Source of the DNA: Azolla caroliniana
Lineage: Eukaryota > Plantae > Polypodiophyta
Length of the DNA stretch: 64,000 nucleotides
NCBI GenBank assembly: GCA_043228905.1
Contig: JBHGNT010000012.1
Span: forward strand, 15,872,001 to 15,936,000
Reading direction: 5' to 3'
This document shows, piece by piece, positions 31,374-44,280 of this stretch. How positions within the stretch are numbered: the stretch's first letter is position 1; every line of letters starts with the position of its first letter. The position numbers were made by a program, and so were the translations under genes. The notes beneath the pieces were generated by a model. It worked only from the letters and a program-made list of their open reading frames with translations, was not told where the DNA came from and did not search any database.

Positions 31374-33300
31374 GTAGGTCGTGTTCCAACTCCGAGAGCA
31401 AAAGAATGTCGTCTACGTAGAGTAAGAGACTAACTTGCGTATCCCCAATAGCTACTCCCTTACCTCCCTTATGAGCAATAAAATCAGCGATCTCATCAAT
31501 GTAGATCCCAAAAAGAGTCGGTGATAGGGGGAAATCCTGTTTTACACCAATGGTGCTAGTGAAACAATTAGATAGGACACCTGGGCATCTTACGCACCTA
31601 GAGACTTGCTCATATAGGGAATAAATGACCCAGATCATGTTATTTGGTATCTCCAAGCTCTTAATTCTATGAAACAACTTCTCCCTAGGAATTGTGTCAA
31701 AGGCTTTTCGAAGGTCTAGAAAGCAACAATATAGTTTCTTCTTACGAGCCTTTGTCTGGTCAATTAAGCACCTAAGTGTGAAGATATGGTCAATAGTGGA
31801 GAAGGCTGATCTAAAGCCAACCTGCTTAGGTGCTCGAAGACTTAATGTTTCCATATAATCACTGAGCTCCACTTCAATTAAAGCGTATATAGTTTAGTGA
31901 GCCTATGACCTATCATAATGGTCCTATATGTATTTGGGTCCATTGGGTCCCTTCCTTTATGTATAGGGGCCACTGTGTTCATTGTCCATTGTGGTGGAAA
32001 ACCGTCGGCGAGGGCGCAGTTGAAGATTAGAGTGAGAAAGGGGGCTAGGCATTCTTGAGCATATATGATGTGCTGGGCTTGCAATCATGTGTGGTCCATG
32101 GATTTCCTATGTTGTAATTATTTTATGACCTTCGTGACCCTAGAGGTCGTGAAAAGTGTCCCCATGGTAGGTTGGGGTGTGGAAGACATTGGAATGGATG
32201 GTTGGTTTGGGACATGGTAGAGTCTCTCGATATATGTGTGCCAAATATTGGGATCCTCGATGGGTGTTTGTGGTCGCGGTTCCCGTAGTCTCTTCCATGC
32301 AAGGGCACAATCCCTACTCATGAGCATATGGTAGAGTTTCCAATATTGAGCCTGTAGTGAGGAAATAATACCACTAAGTCGCGACACTTTAAGCTGTCTA
32401 TACAACTCTCTACACTCCTCGCCATACTACTTGTTTTGTGGCATAGACGCTATTCTACTATGATTGGCGCGTTTCGTGTATGGGAAGCTACTAATTGTTG
32501 CTGAGTGAAGGATGCGTGCGAGTTCTGTAGTGAGGTTCTCTAAAGGCAAGGAAGAATCAAAAGAGGAGAGATCGGCTTGAACATGTCGGGAGTAGATGTC
32601 AGCAAGGTCATGCGTGAAATGTATTATAGTGTGATGGCTTGGTTGACTAGAGTTGGTGGCGTGGGAGGTGTCGCATTTTAGCTCAAAGTATAGGAAGATA
32701 TGGTCTGCACCAATGGGGCATGGGCCACCTGGAAGGAGTTAACCATGTGGCTAGCTTCAGGGCGTCCTATTAGGTAATCAATTGTGCTTTCCCCTCCTCC
32801 ATGTGAGAAACATGTGAGTGCTTCCAAGCCCGACCACTTGGCTAAGCCATTATATATGATCATCTAGTGTCGGCTTCCAAGTTCAAGCAGATGATGGCCA
32901 AAGCTTGTGGCGTTTGCACCTTGATCCTTTGATGTACGCATTATGTCTAAGTCTAAAGGGTTGACATTCACCATTTCTAGGTTTCTATCCATCTGAAATA
33001 TTGTGCATCGTCGGGATTGGGTTCTCGCATTGAAATCTCCTACAAGGAAGACTTCCCCTGAGAAGAATATCGGATTATGTCATCCGATAAAGGTTCATAT
33101 GAAGAAAGCCCATGCGGCATTCCTTCATCAACTATACTCGCCTCTCCAGCCATATTATACTAGGATCCTTTTGGGGGCAAGTAACACACGACGATAAATA
33201 TCGTGTGATCCTTGTTAGTGAGAACTTTCACCCACATAAAACGTGCTTCTCGGTCTTTCTTTAGTATTTCTATACTATTATGTATCTCTCTCTAAAATAG
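31374..33300 (-). pseudogene. LINE ORF2 endonuclease-RT, broken
   Basis: ORFs 31354..31872, 31878..32084 and 32678..32863 (STIDY), plus a GDFNAR motif near 33030. Confidence 0.85.
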
Positions 33301-33799
33301 TATTGTGTTGAGAGACAAGCTCAACATTCGTGCGTAATACGATGCGTAACCCAATGCGTAGATTGGGTGTGTAAATCGGTACGCATAACATGGTCGTATC
33401 GGTGTGAAAACCGCGAGGCCGTTGGGAAGATATTCCTCATAAGAAATAATTTTGGGAGTTAGTGTAGTAGGCTCATTTATGAGTGGTCAAGTACTTTCAG
33501 TACTTGTGCCAGCCCTATTGTCAGGGCTTGTATAAAAGGTGCTCCCTGAGCACGTTGTATGTATAGATTGAGTATTATTTTGAATTGAGTTTCTCTGTGT
33601 TCTCTCTCTCTCTCTCTCTCTCTCCCGCGTACTGTGTATATTCAAGCTCTCCATTAAACCTGCGTATTTTCTGTGTTTGGTTTTCTATTGCTTTCGCACA
33701 TAATCTTTTTCATGGTATCAGAGCCGAGGGTTGAGAACCTCTGCAGCTGACCTTAGCTCAAGAAGAAAACCTAACCTTCGTAAAGAAGAGGAAAACAAA

Positions 33800-36700
33800 A
33801 TGGATAGAGGCATGGCTAGCTCGCTTCCTACCAAGAAGCTCGACAAAAACAACTACGCATCTTGGTCCTACAAGATGCACCAGTACCTGCTTGGGCACGG
33901 TTACTGGAGCTATGTTGACAGAGCAAATGACACATCAACCGAATTGACACACAGAGATTTCCTGGTGTGGTAACAGTCGGCGAGTAGAGTATTGTACTGC
34001 TTCTTGTCTTGTGTGGGCGAATAGCTCCTAAGCTATATTCAGGATGCGAAAACGCCAAAGGATGCTTGGGGAAATCTGAAGAAGATCTTCGCCAGAAACA
34101 CCACAACCAGGAAGCTTCAACTCCGACAGAAGTTGAGCAATTTACGACAATGCGACTTGTCGGTGGCTAATTACACCTCGAAGATCAAAGAGATATGCGA
34201 CTCCTTAGCCTCTATCGATGTAAACGTTGAGGAAGGCGAGATGGTGCAAATCCGTCTCGGGGGACTGGCGTCGAAGTTCTAGGCGTTCCAAACTATTGTG
34301 TGTACATGGGAGAATACATCTTAGTTTTTCGAGTTACAGTCGATGCTCCTTATAGAGGAGAACCACGTGGTTGCGTCGACAAGCACGCATGCCGACAACA
34401 AGATGTTGTACACGGAGGGAGATAGGCCCCATGGTCGTGGTAGATGAGGCGAGCCGGTGCACAATGGAGGCGGCCGACGGGATCAAGGAAGAAGGCACCA
34501 AAGTGATGCCGACAACAATTATGGACCCTCTGGAAACAGGGGAAGTCGAGGTGACGAGAACCGGCAAGGGAAGTCTGTCGCGGAATGTTGGTACTGTGGC
34601 AAAAAAGGCCACAAGGAGAGCTAGTGCTGGAAGAAGCGCACCGATTTGGAGAGGACCGGATCCGGATCAGGTTCCGGACAGACCAACAAAGGAAATCGGC
34701 AGCGATCGCACTACGCTGTAGGATCCGGAAAAGCCGAAAAAGGGTTAGTCTTCGTGACGAGACATGAAGCAAATTCGATGAAGAAGATCACCATGAAGTT
34801 GGACGAGCTGTAGTACGGTGAATCCGGCGCGTCAAACCACATGACGTGCCACAAGGAGTGGTTCTCGTACCTGGAAATACCGATGCAATCGGGAGTAGTC
34901 GCAACCGGAGGCGACACTCCGCATCCGATCGCGAATATCGGTGAAGTTTCCTTGAGCCATATCGAGCAGAAAGGGAAACTTTTGGATGTGTTACACGTTC
35001 TGACAATCACGAAGAATATGGTGTCAGTCGGGCAGATCGTCGACCAGGGGATGCAAGTCCGGTTCACGCATCATGGGTGCTTCATCGAGGAAGAAGGCCG
35101 AGTTATTGCGCAAGGGCATAGAGACGAGAGGATATTTATCCTCGACTCTAGTGACGGTGGCACCGCAATGTTTGCGAAAGGACAAAAAGTCGAGTCGGAT
35201 ATCGACTTATGCCACAAGTGGATAGGCCACGTCAACTATCAACGACTTTGGGACCTGCAATCGAAACAGGTGGTGTTCGGATTGCCCAAATTTGGTGGCC
35301 GAAAGGCACAAATTTGTGAAGCTTGCCAACTAGGGAAGCAATACCGACTTCCCTTCCCTAACGAGCATAACAGGAGCTGGATCAGGCTCGACTTGATAGA
35401 TTCCGATGTATGGGGGCCGACAGAGAACATTAGTCTTGGTGGGAGTCGATATTTCGTCTCCTTCATCGACGACTATACGCGGTACACGTGGATCTACCTC
35501 ATTGAGAAGAAGAGTGAAGTCTTCGACTTTTTCCGGAACCTCAAGAGTTTCGTCGAAAGGGAAACAGGAAGAAAGATCAAGTGCCTACGGTCGGGTGGCG
35601 GAAAAGAATACTTTTCCAATCAATTCAACGGGTATCTACAACAGATGGGAATTCGACGCGAATTCAATTGCAGATATACGCTACAACAAAACGATGTGGC
35701 AGAAAGGAAAACTCGGTCGATTGTGGAAGCGGCACAGGCAATGCTGGAGGAGAAGAGCTTGCCCAAGTTCTATTGGGCCGAGGTTGTACGAACCACGGTA
35801 TACATCCAAAATCAGATGGGAGAAAAAGTGTCGGCGCATGAGCAATATTTCGGAAGGAAGCCGAATCTACGACACTTTAGAGTTTTCGGTAGCATTGTGT
35901 ACGTGCATGTACTGAAGGAGAAGCGAAGGAAGTTGGACGCGAAAGCCGAGAAGTGTATCTTCGTCGGCTATTCGGACGAGCAGAACGGTTATAACTGTTA
36001 TAACCCATGCACCAAACAATCGCGCGTAAGCCGCGACGTTGTGTTTGATGAGTTTGCGTCCTAGTACTTGCCTCCAACTCCGGAACTCACCTCCAATCCG
36101 AGTTTTGATGATGAGGTCAGCGAGGCCGAGATGCCTCTGGATGAGCTTGAAATTGGGACCCACGAAGAGAGTCCGATTTCGTTTCGGTTAAGCGGACCGA
36201 ATGAGCGACTGAGTTGGTTTGACCAGTCCGATGAAGAGCCAGTGAGTAGTGGAGACTCGGCCGGGCATTCCCCGCGCAGGAAGCCGAGGAGATGGCTTAC
36301 GCGCAAGGAAAAAGGGAAGAAGAAGGTGTCTGATTACGGCACGGATAGGAACGAGTCAGATCTACGCGAGTCCGACTCCAAGGGAAGTGATGACGGGTCT
36401 TCGAGGGCGAATTCCATGTCCGCCAAGAAAGCCTCCACTTTGGCTAATGAGCAATTACGCCGATCTACCCGCTAGAAGAACCTTGTTGTGCGGTTCGGTT
36501 ATAATGAGTACATGGCGCATCACTATGCATACATAACCCGTGTAGCGGAAGTGCGTGAGCCAGAGAGCTATGCAGAAGCGGCGAAGGACGCAAATTGGCG
36601 TGCCGCAATGGAGGAAGAGATGCGCGCATTAGCAGAGAATGAAACCTGAGACCTGGTTGACGCAAAGAAGGGTGTGAAGCCGATCGGATGCAGGTGGGTG

Positions 36701-38290
36701 TACAAGGTCAAGTACAACACAAACGGCTCGGTCAACCGATACAAGGCCCGGTTTGTAGTGAAAGACTACGCGGAGAAACACGACATCGACTACGATGAGA
36801 CGTTTGCGCCGGTCGCGTAGATGACGAACCTCCATGTTTTGCTCGCGGTAGCTGCGGCAAAGGGGTGGCACTTATATCAAATGGATGTGATGAATGCATT
36901 CCTGCAAGGTGAGCTTCAGGAATATGTGTACATGGTACAACCCCCCAGATTTCACTCCGGAACGAACACTTTGGCGGTGTGCCGGTTGAAGAAGTCCCTT
37001 TACGGACTAAAGCAAGCCCTATGTGCCTGGAACGCAAAGATCATGCAACGATTGCATCGGATCGGCTTTGCGACGTCAAAATCGGACTCCTCACTGTTCA
37101 TCCGGAAAGGTCGAATCGGGCCGGTTAGCATTTTACTTTATGTTGATGACTTGGTCATCACCGACGCTGACCTAGGTGAGATTGACCACGTGAAGCCTCA
37201 GTTTGTGGCAACATTCGACATGAAGGATCTGGGGGACCTTCATTACTTCCTCGGGATTGAAGTGATCCGCACCCTTGAAGGCATACTGATCAGCTTACGA
37301 CATTACGTGTTGAGTATGCTCTTCAAATTCGGGATGGCGGACTGTAAGTCCGTCTCTGGATAGAATCGTCAAGCTTCGCCCCGATTCTGGAAAGGTATGC
37401 GACCCGACGAGGTTCTGACGGATAGTCGGAAGCCTTATATACTTGACCATCACCCAACCATATCTCAGCTACCCGGTCGGGGTGATTAGTCGGTTCATGG
37501 TGGGACCGACTGAGGAGCACCTTCAGTGCCCACAACGTGTACACCAATACGTTAGTGGCAATAAGGACCGGGGGCTACTATATTAGACTGATATTGCCGC
37601 GCAGTTGGTCAGTTACACCGATGCTGATTGGGCCGGAAACACTGGCGATCGCCGATCTACGTCCGGTTTTGCGTTCTCTCTTGGGAGTGCCACGATCGTG
37701 TGGAGTAGCAAGTAGCAGCCGACAGTTGGGATATGCAGGTGGAGGTATCTAATCCAACGACAATCTACTGCGGCAACCTCAACAACATCCAGCTAGCAAA
37801 AGAACCCCATCTTCCACGCCCGAAAAAAGCACATTGAGGTGCACTACCATTTTGTCCGTGAGTGCATCCTCTCCGGTTAGGTCGAACTTCAGTATGTTTC
37901 GACGGATCGGCAGAATGCCAACATCTTCACCAAGCCTCTTGGTCTGGACAAGTTGCGGCAATTTTCAGGTGCGCTTGGGTTGCGTCACCTCGAAGTGCCG
38001 AACTTAAGGGGGAGAGATGTCCCGGATGACCATGAAAGGGAGCAGGAAAGGAGCGAAAAGAACCGTGACGCCGAGTCGAATGACGAAAATGATTTTGGAT
38101 CGGCTAAAGAAGCCGAGGGCGGATCCGCGGAAGAGTTTGAAAATGGGCATAAGGGGAGTAGCCAAAAGAAAGAGCCAAAGCTAGCCAAGCATGGGGGAGA
38201 TGAATCCATCAAGGGCGAGAAGACTGAAGACGAGTTGGAGACAGACAACTCGGATATCAACGAAAACTGATCGGAGGAAGCCGAGTCGGT
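33800..38290 (+). pseudogene. pol: Copia C1 gag-pol, broken, with charged C-terminal extension
   Basis: ORFs 34841..36064 (PR/IN), 36821..37363 (RT YVDD) and 37953..38270 (tail). Confidence 0.9.
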
Positions 38291-38327
38291 TCAGATTTTT
38301 TATTCGGATTCGAAAACTTGGAGCCTC

Positions 38328-41300
38328 TGTGAAAGATTATGTGCGGAAGTAATAGAAAAACGAACACAGGGAAAAAACGCAGGTTTAATGGAGAGCTTGA
38401 ATATACACAGTACGCAGGAGAGACAGAGAGAGAACACACAGAACTCAATTCAAAATAATACTCAATCTGTACATAGAATGTGCTTAGTGAGCACTTTTAT
38501 ACAAGCCCTGACACGAGTACTGACAGTACTGGAACTCACTCCCAAAATTACTCGTTACGAGGAATATCTCTCTACCGGCCTTTCGGTTTACGCACCGATA
38601 CGGCCTCTCGTTATGCACCAGTTTGCGTACCGTTTACGCATCCGTTTTACGCACCGATACAACAATGTTATGCGTACCGATTTACGCATCGGTCCGGCCT
38701 AAACGATCGGTCACAACCGATCTGGTTCTCGGCTTGCACGCCTGATTCGGCCAATGTTGAGCTTGTATCTTAACACTCCCCCTCAAGCTCAACTTGAGGT
38801 TCCATCTGCTCTTCCAGATTTGTGCTCCGGTTCCTTTTGGCTTTACGCCTCGCTTGCGCTCCTTGACCTATTCGAGTCGGGACAGACTTACAGTCGGCCA
38901 TGCCGAATTTAAAGAGCATACTTAGCACATAATGGCGTTGGCTGATCAATATGCCTTCGGGGGTATGAATCACTTCAATCCCGAGGAAGTATTGAAGATC
39001 CCCCAGATCCTTCATGTCGAACGATGCCGAAAACTGGAGCTTCACGTGGTTGATTTCACCTAGGTCGGCGCCGGTGATGACCAAGTCATCAACATATAGT
39101 AAAATACTGACCGAACCGAGTCGACCTTTTCGGATGAACAAGGAAGGGTCTGATTTTGACATTGCAAAGCCCATTCGACGCAGTTGCAAGCACGTGGGGC
39201 TTGCTTCAGTCTGTAAAGGGACTTCTTCAATCGGCACACTGCCGACGTGTTCGTTCCGGAGTGAAATGCGGGGGGTTGTACCATGTACACCTGTTCCTCA
39301 AGCTCACCTTGCAGGAACGCATTCTTTACATCCATCTGATGTAAGTGCCACCCCTTTGCCGTAGCTACTGCGAGCAAAACACGGACAATCGTCATCTTCG
39401 CAACTGGCGCAAATGTCTCATCGTAGTTGATGTCGTGTTTCTGCGCGTAGCCTTTTGCCACTAATCGGGCCTTGTATCGGTTGACCAAAGCGTCGGTGTT
39501 GTACTTGACCTTGTACACCCACCTACATCTGATCCGCTTCACACCCTTTGGTGTGTCAACCAGGTCCTAGGTCTCGTTTTTCACCAATGCGTGCATCTCT
39601 TCCTCCATCGCGGTGCGCCAATTCGCGTCCTTAGCCGCTTCTACGTAGCTCTCCGGCTCACGCACTTCCGCTACACGGGTCATGTACACATAATCTTGCG
39701 CCATATACTCGTTGTATCCGAACCGCACAACTGGGTTCTTATGGCGGGTAGATCGGCGTAATTGGTCATTAGCCGATGTCGAGGTCTTTTCGGCTGACGC
39801 GGACTTCAATCTTGAAGACCTGTCACCGCTTCCCTCAGAGTCGGACTCACGTCGGTCTGACTCGTTCCTATCCATGCCGGAATTCAACACCTTCTTCTTC
39901 CCTTTCTCTTTGCGCGTAAGCTGTCTCCTCGGCTTTCTGTGGGGGGAATGCATGGCCGAGTCTCCACTACTCGCAGACTCTTCATTGGACTGGCAGAACC
40001 GACTCAGTCGTCCATTCGGTCCACTTAACCGAAACGAAATCGGACTCTCTTCGCGGGTCCCGATTTCAAGTTCATCCGGAGGCATGTCAGTCTCGTAGAC
40101 CTCATCGTCAGAGCTTGAATTGGAGTTGAGATCCGGAGTCGGAGGCAAGTACTAGGACGCAGACTCATCAAACACAACGTCGCAGCTCACGTGCGCTTGT
40201 TTGGTGTGTGGGTTATAACACGTATAACCCTTCTGCTCGTCCGAGTAACCGACCAAGATACATTTCTCAGCCTTTGCATCCAGCTTCCTCCGTTTCTCCT
40301 TCGGCACATGCACATACGCAATGCTACCGAAAACTCGTAAGTGTCGCAAGTTCGGCTTCGTTCCGAAATATAGCTCGTGCACTGACGCTTTGTCTCCGAT
40401 CCGATTCTGGATGTATACCGCGGTCCTTACCGCCTCGGCTCAGTAGAACTTGGGCAAGCTCTTCTCCTCCAGCATTGCCCGTGCCGCTTCCCCAACCGAC
40501 CGATTTTTCCTCTCGGCCACACTGTTTTTCTCCGGCGTGTATCTACAACTAAATTCGCGCCGAATTCCCATCTGTTGTAAATAACCATTGAATCGACCGG
40601 AAAAGTATTCTTTTCCGCCATCCAACTACAGGCACTTGATCATTCTTCCTGTTTCCGTTTCCACGAACCCTTTGAGGTCCCGGAAACAGTCGAAGTCTTC
40701 GCTCTTCCTCTCAATGAGGTAGATCCACGTGTGCCGCGGGTAGTCGTTGATGAAGGAGACGAAATATCGGGTCCCGCCAAGACTAACATTTTGTGTCGGC
40801 CCCCACACATCGGAGTGTATCAAGTCGAGCTTGTTTCGGCTCCACTTACGCTCGTTGGGGAAAGGAAGTCGGTGTTGCTTCCCAAGCTGGCAGGCTTCAC
40901 ACATTTGTGCCTTCCGACCACTAAATTTGGGCAATCCGAACACCACTTGTTTCGATTGCAGGTCTTGAAGCCGCTGGTAGTTGAGGTGGCCTATCCGCTT
41001 GTGCCATAAGTCAATGTCCGACTCGAGTTTTTTTCCCTTCGCGAACATTGCGGTGCCACCGTCAATAGAGTCGAGGATGAACATCCTCCCATCTCTGCAC
41101 CCTTGCGCAATAACACGGCCTTCTTCCTCAATGAAACACCTGAGGTTTGTAAACCGGAACTCCATCCCTTGGTTGACGATCTATCTGACCGACACCAAGT
41201 TCATCGTGATTGTCAGAACATGTATCACGTTCATGAGTTTCCCTTTCTGCCCGACATGGCTCAGGGGAACTTCTCGGACATTCGCGATCGGATGCGAAGT

Positions 41301-42898
41301 GTCGTCTACGGTTGCAACTACTCCCGGTTGCATCGGTTTTTCTAGGTACAAGAACCACTCCTTATGGCTCGTCGTGTGATTTGACGTGCCGGAGCCGACA
41401 TACCACACCTCGTCCGATTTCGGGGTGGTCTACTTCATTGAATTTGCTTCGTGTCTCGTCACGAAGGCAAACCCTTTCCCGGCTTTTCCGGATCCTTCGG
41501 CATAGTGCGATCGACTCGGCGCGCTTTTTCCAGCACTCGCTCTCCCTGTGTCCTTTCTTGCCACAGTACCAGCATTCCGTGGTGGGTTCCCCTTGCCGGT
41601 TCTCATCGCCTCGACGCCCCCTGTTTCCGGAGCGTCCGGAATTGCTATCGGCATCATTTCGGTGCCTCCTTCCTTGATCTCGTCGGCCGCCTCCATTGCG
41701 CACCGACTCGCGTCATCCTCCATGTCCACGGGGCCTATCTCCCTCCGTGTACAACATCTTGCTGTCGGTGTGCGTGCTCATTGACGCACCCGCGTGGTTC
41801 TCCTCTACCAGGAGCATCGACTGCTGTGCGTATTCTCCTGGGTACACACAACAGTTTGGAATACCTTGAACTTCGACGCCAAACCCCCGAGACAGACCTG
41901 GACCATCTCGCTTTTCTCGATGTTGACATCGATGGAAGCTAAGGAGTCACATATGTCCTTGATCTTTGAGGTATAGTCAGCCACCGACAAATCGCGTTGT
42001 CGTAGGTTGCTCAACTCTTGTCAGAGCTGAAGCTTCCTGGCTGTGGTGCTCGCGGCGAAGATCTTCTTCAAATTTTCCCACGCACCCTTCGGCGTTTTTG
42101 CATAGCGAACGTAGCTTAATAGCTGTTCGCCCACACAAGACGCGAAACAGTACAACACTCTGCTCGCCGATTGTTCCCACGCCGGGAAGTCTCTGTCTTC
42201 GATTCGGGTGCCACGTCATTCGCTCCTTCGACATAGCTCCAGTAACCGTGCCCAAGCAGGTACTGGTGCATCTTGTAGGACCAACATGTGTAGTTGGTTC
42301 TGTCGAGCTTCTCGGTCGGAAGCAAGCTAGCCATTCCTCTGTCCATTGGTTTTCTTGTTCTTCTTCGTTGGTTTTTCCTTCAAGCAAAGTTGACTGCAGA
42401 GGTTCTCAACCGTCGCGCTCTGATACCATGTGAAAGATTATGTGCGGAAGCAATAGAAAAACAAACACAGGGAAAAAATGCAGGTTTAATGGAGAGCTTA
42501 AATATACACAGTATGCAGGAGAGATAGAGAGAGAACACACAAAACTCAATTCAAAATAATACTCAATCTGTACATAGGATGTGCTTAGTGAGCACTTTTA
42601 TACAAGCCTTGACAATTGAGCTGACAGTACTGGATTGCTCATAAATGAGCCTCGACAATCACTCCCAAAATTACTCCTTACGAGGAATATCTCTCTAATG
42701 GCCTTTCGGTTTACGCACCGATACGGCCTTTCGTTATGCATTGGTTTGCGTACCGTTTATGCATTTGTTTTACGCACCGATACGGCCATGTTATCCGTAC
42801 CGATTAATGCATTGGTCGGGCCTAACCGATCGGTCCCAACCGATCCGGTTCTCGGCTTGCACAACCGATTCGGCCAATGTTGAGCTTGTATCTCAACA
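38328..42898 (-). mobile_element. Copia C2, inverted, with RT C-terminus and RNase H deleted; no TSD
   Basis: LTRs 38328-38775 and 42429-42898, PBS 42417-42428, PPT 38776-38787, deletion junction ~38880, flanks GCCTC/GGTTT. Confidence 0.9.
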
Positions 42899-43243
42899 GG
42901 TTTTCTATTGCTTCCACACATAATCTTTTTCATATTGCAATCCCTCTAGACCCTCTAGTAGTATGTCGACGTGAAGTTTGTCTAAAGATAGATTCCCAAC
43001 GAAAACTGTCAACTCGTGGCAGTCCTCAATTTGGGCTCTGATGTGTTTCTACTAAAAAAACTATGTCAAATCCCTTCAAAATCTCCCTAGACGGCCAGGG
43101 TGTGTCCAAAGTGCACCATTACAGTTCCATAAAGTCATCCTAAGTTTATTGTTTGTCACATGGGCCACACGCCGTCAATTGGCAGTGCGATCTTTTATTA
43201 TCACACGTTCGTCTCGGTAAAAAGCACGTTGCCCCGCCCCTCT

Positions 43244-43920
43244 TTACGAGCTTGCATGCTCAATTTGCATCTTGGTCAGGTCTTCATCGAGGTAGATAGG
43301 GTCCCCGCCCAATCCTCGAAGAATTGGTCTCTTTTTAAAAAATGCGATTCTAGATTCTGAGTCCTTAAACTCAAGGACCAAAGCTCTTTTCCTAGTGATG
43401 TCACGTCCTACCCTCCAAGTTTTAGTGATTGGTAGGGCTTCGTACCACAACATTTTCCCTAATGTTTGTGCATCTTCATCAGGAGATGCCCCTTCCTTTA
43501 GCCCAGTAACTCGTACATTTAGGCGTCGAGCTTGACACATTTTTTCCTCCTCAAGGGTAGTGTTTACAATATTTTCATCCTTTAGTTCCTTTTTAATATT
43601 ACGTTTTACTACATCAACCCACCCAGTTTTTGCTAATTCCATATCGCTTTTAACCTCTTCCTTAACCGTTTTGATCTCGTCCTTTATATCCTCTAGGGAA
43701 GATATTTCACCATCTTCCCTAGATGTCGCAATGTCCTTAACTTGTTTCTAAAGGTTCATGTTGTCTACTTTAAGTTTTGTTACTTTAGCAATAAGCACTT
43801 CTTTTTCTTCCTTATCTTTATGTTTTTCAGCTTCAATTTCTTTCGCACATTTTTATATTTTAACTAAACGGTTAAGGACATCTAAAAATTCTTCCTTATA
43901 ATTTCTTCGTGTGTTTCCTT
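43244..43920 (-). pseudogene. LINE ORF1 (coiled coil plus RRM-like region)
   Basis: RRLNVRVTGLKE...IYLDEDLTKMQ, preceded by a Lys/Glu coiled-coil region, upstream of the APE domain. Confidence 0.8.
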
Positions 43921-44280
43921 ATGGTTTTGTCTAGAAGTCATGTTGTAAAATCAAAACATTAAAGAAAGAAAAGACAAAAATGACAGAAAAACATAGGTGA
44001 GCATCGGTGCCTTGCGCACTAGGTACAAGTGTAGAAGCACATTTATACTCTGTCGTTTATCAACTAACGACGTCATCAGAAGCGCAGGTGACAACGGCGG
44101 GCGACAATGACAACAACAGCAACGACTAGAAACCAAACGATGACGGCAACAAATGAGGACATCGACGTCAGTCGGCGGCGGTGGCTATGACAGACAAAGA
44201 CAACGACGACAGTGGCAGCAACGACAACTATGATGGCATGCGGTAGAAAGAGCTGTTGGCAGCAATGTTACCCTTGGCAA

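Larger units (their letters stand above)
33306..42932 (+). mobile_element. Copia C1; 3' region replaced by inverted Copia C2
   Basis: 5' LTR 33306-33712, PBS 33713-33724, gag-pol 33800-38290. Only the last 34 bp of the 3' LTR remain (42899-42932). Perfect TSD TATTG. Confidence 0.9.
25742..44280 (-). mobile_element. LINE 1 (APE-RT, RTEX-like), near full length, decayed; split by Copia F and Copia C1/C2
   Basis: 5' UTR ~43950-44280, ORF1 ~43244-43920, APE start (WNCNG, DIVFLVETH) ~42940-43130, APE/RT 31374-33300 (QVGFR, FLDLRKAFD, GVKQ..PLSPTLF, YVDD), C-terminus 26220-27054, microsatellite tail. Confidence 0.85.

Noticed and set aside
44060-44270. GAC/AAC/GGC-rich segment as a separate repeat or gene
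   Set aside because: Position and composition fit the 5' UTR of LINE 1.
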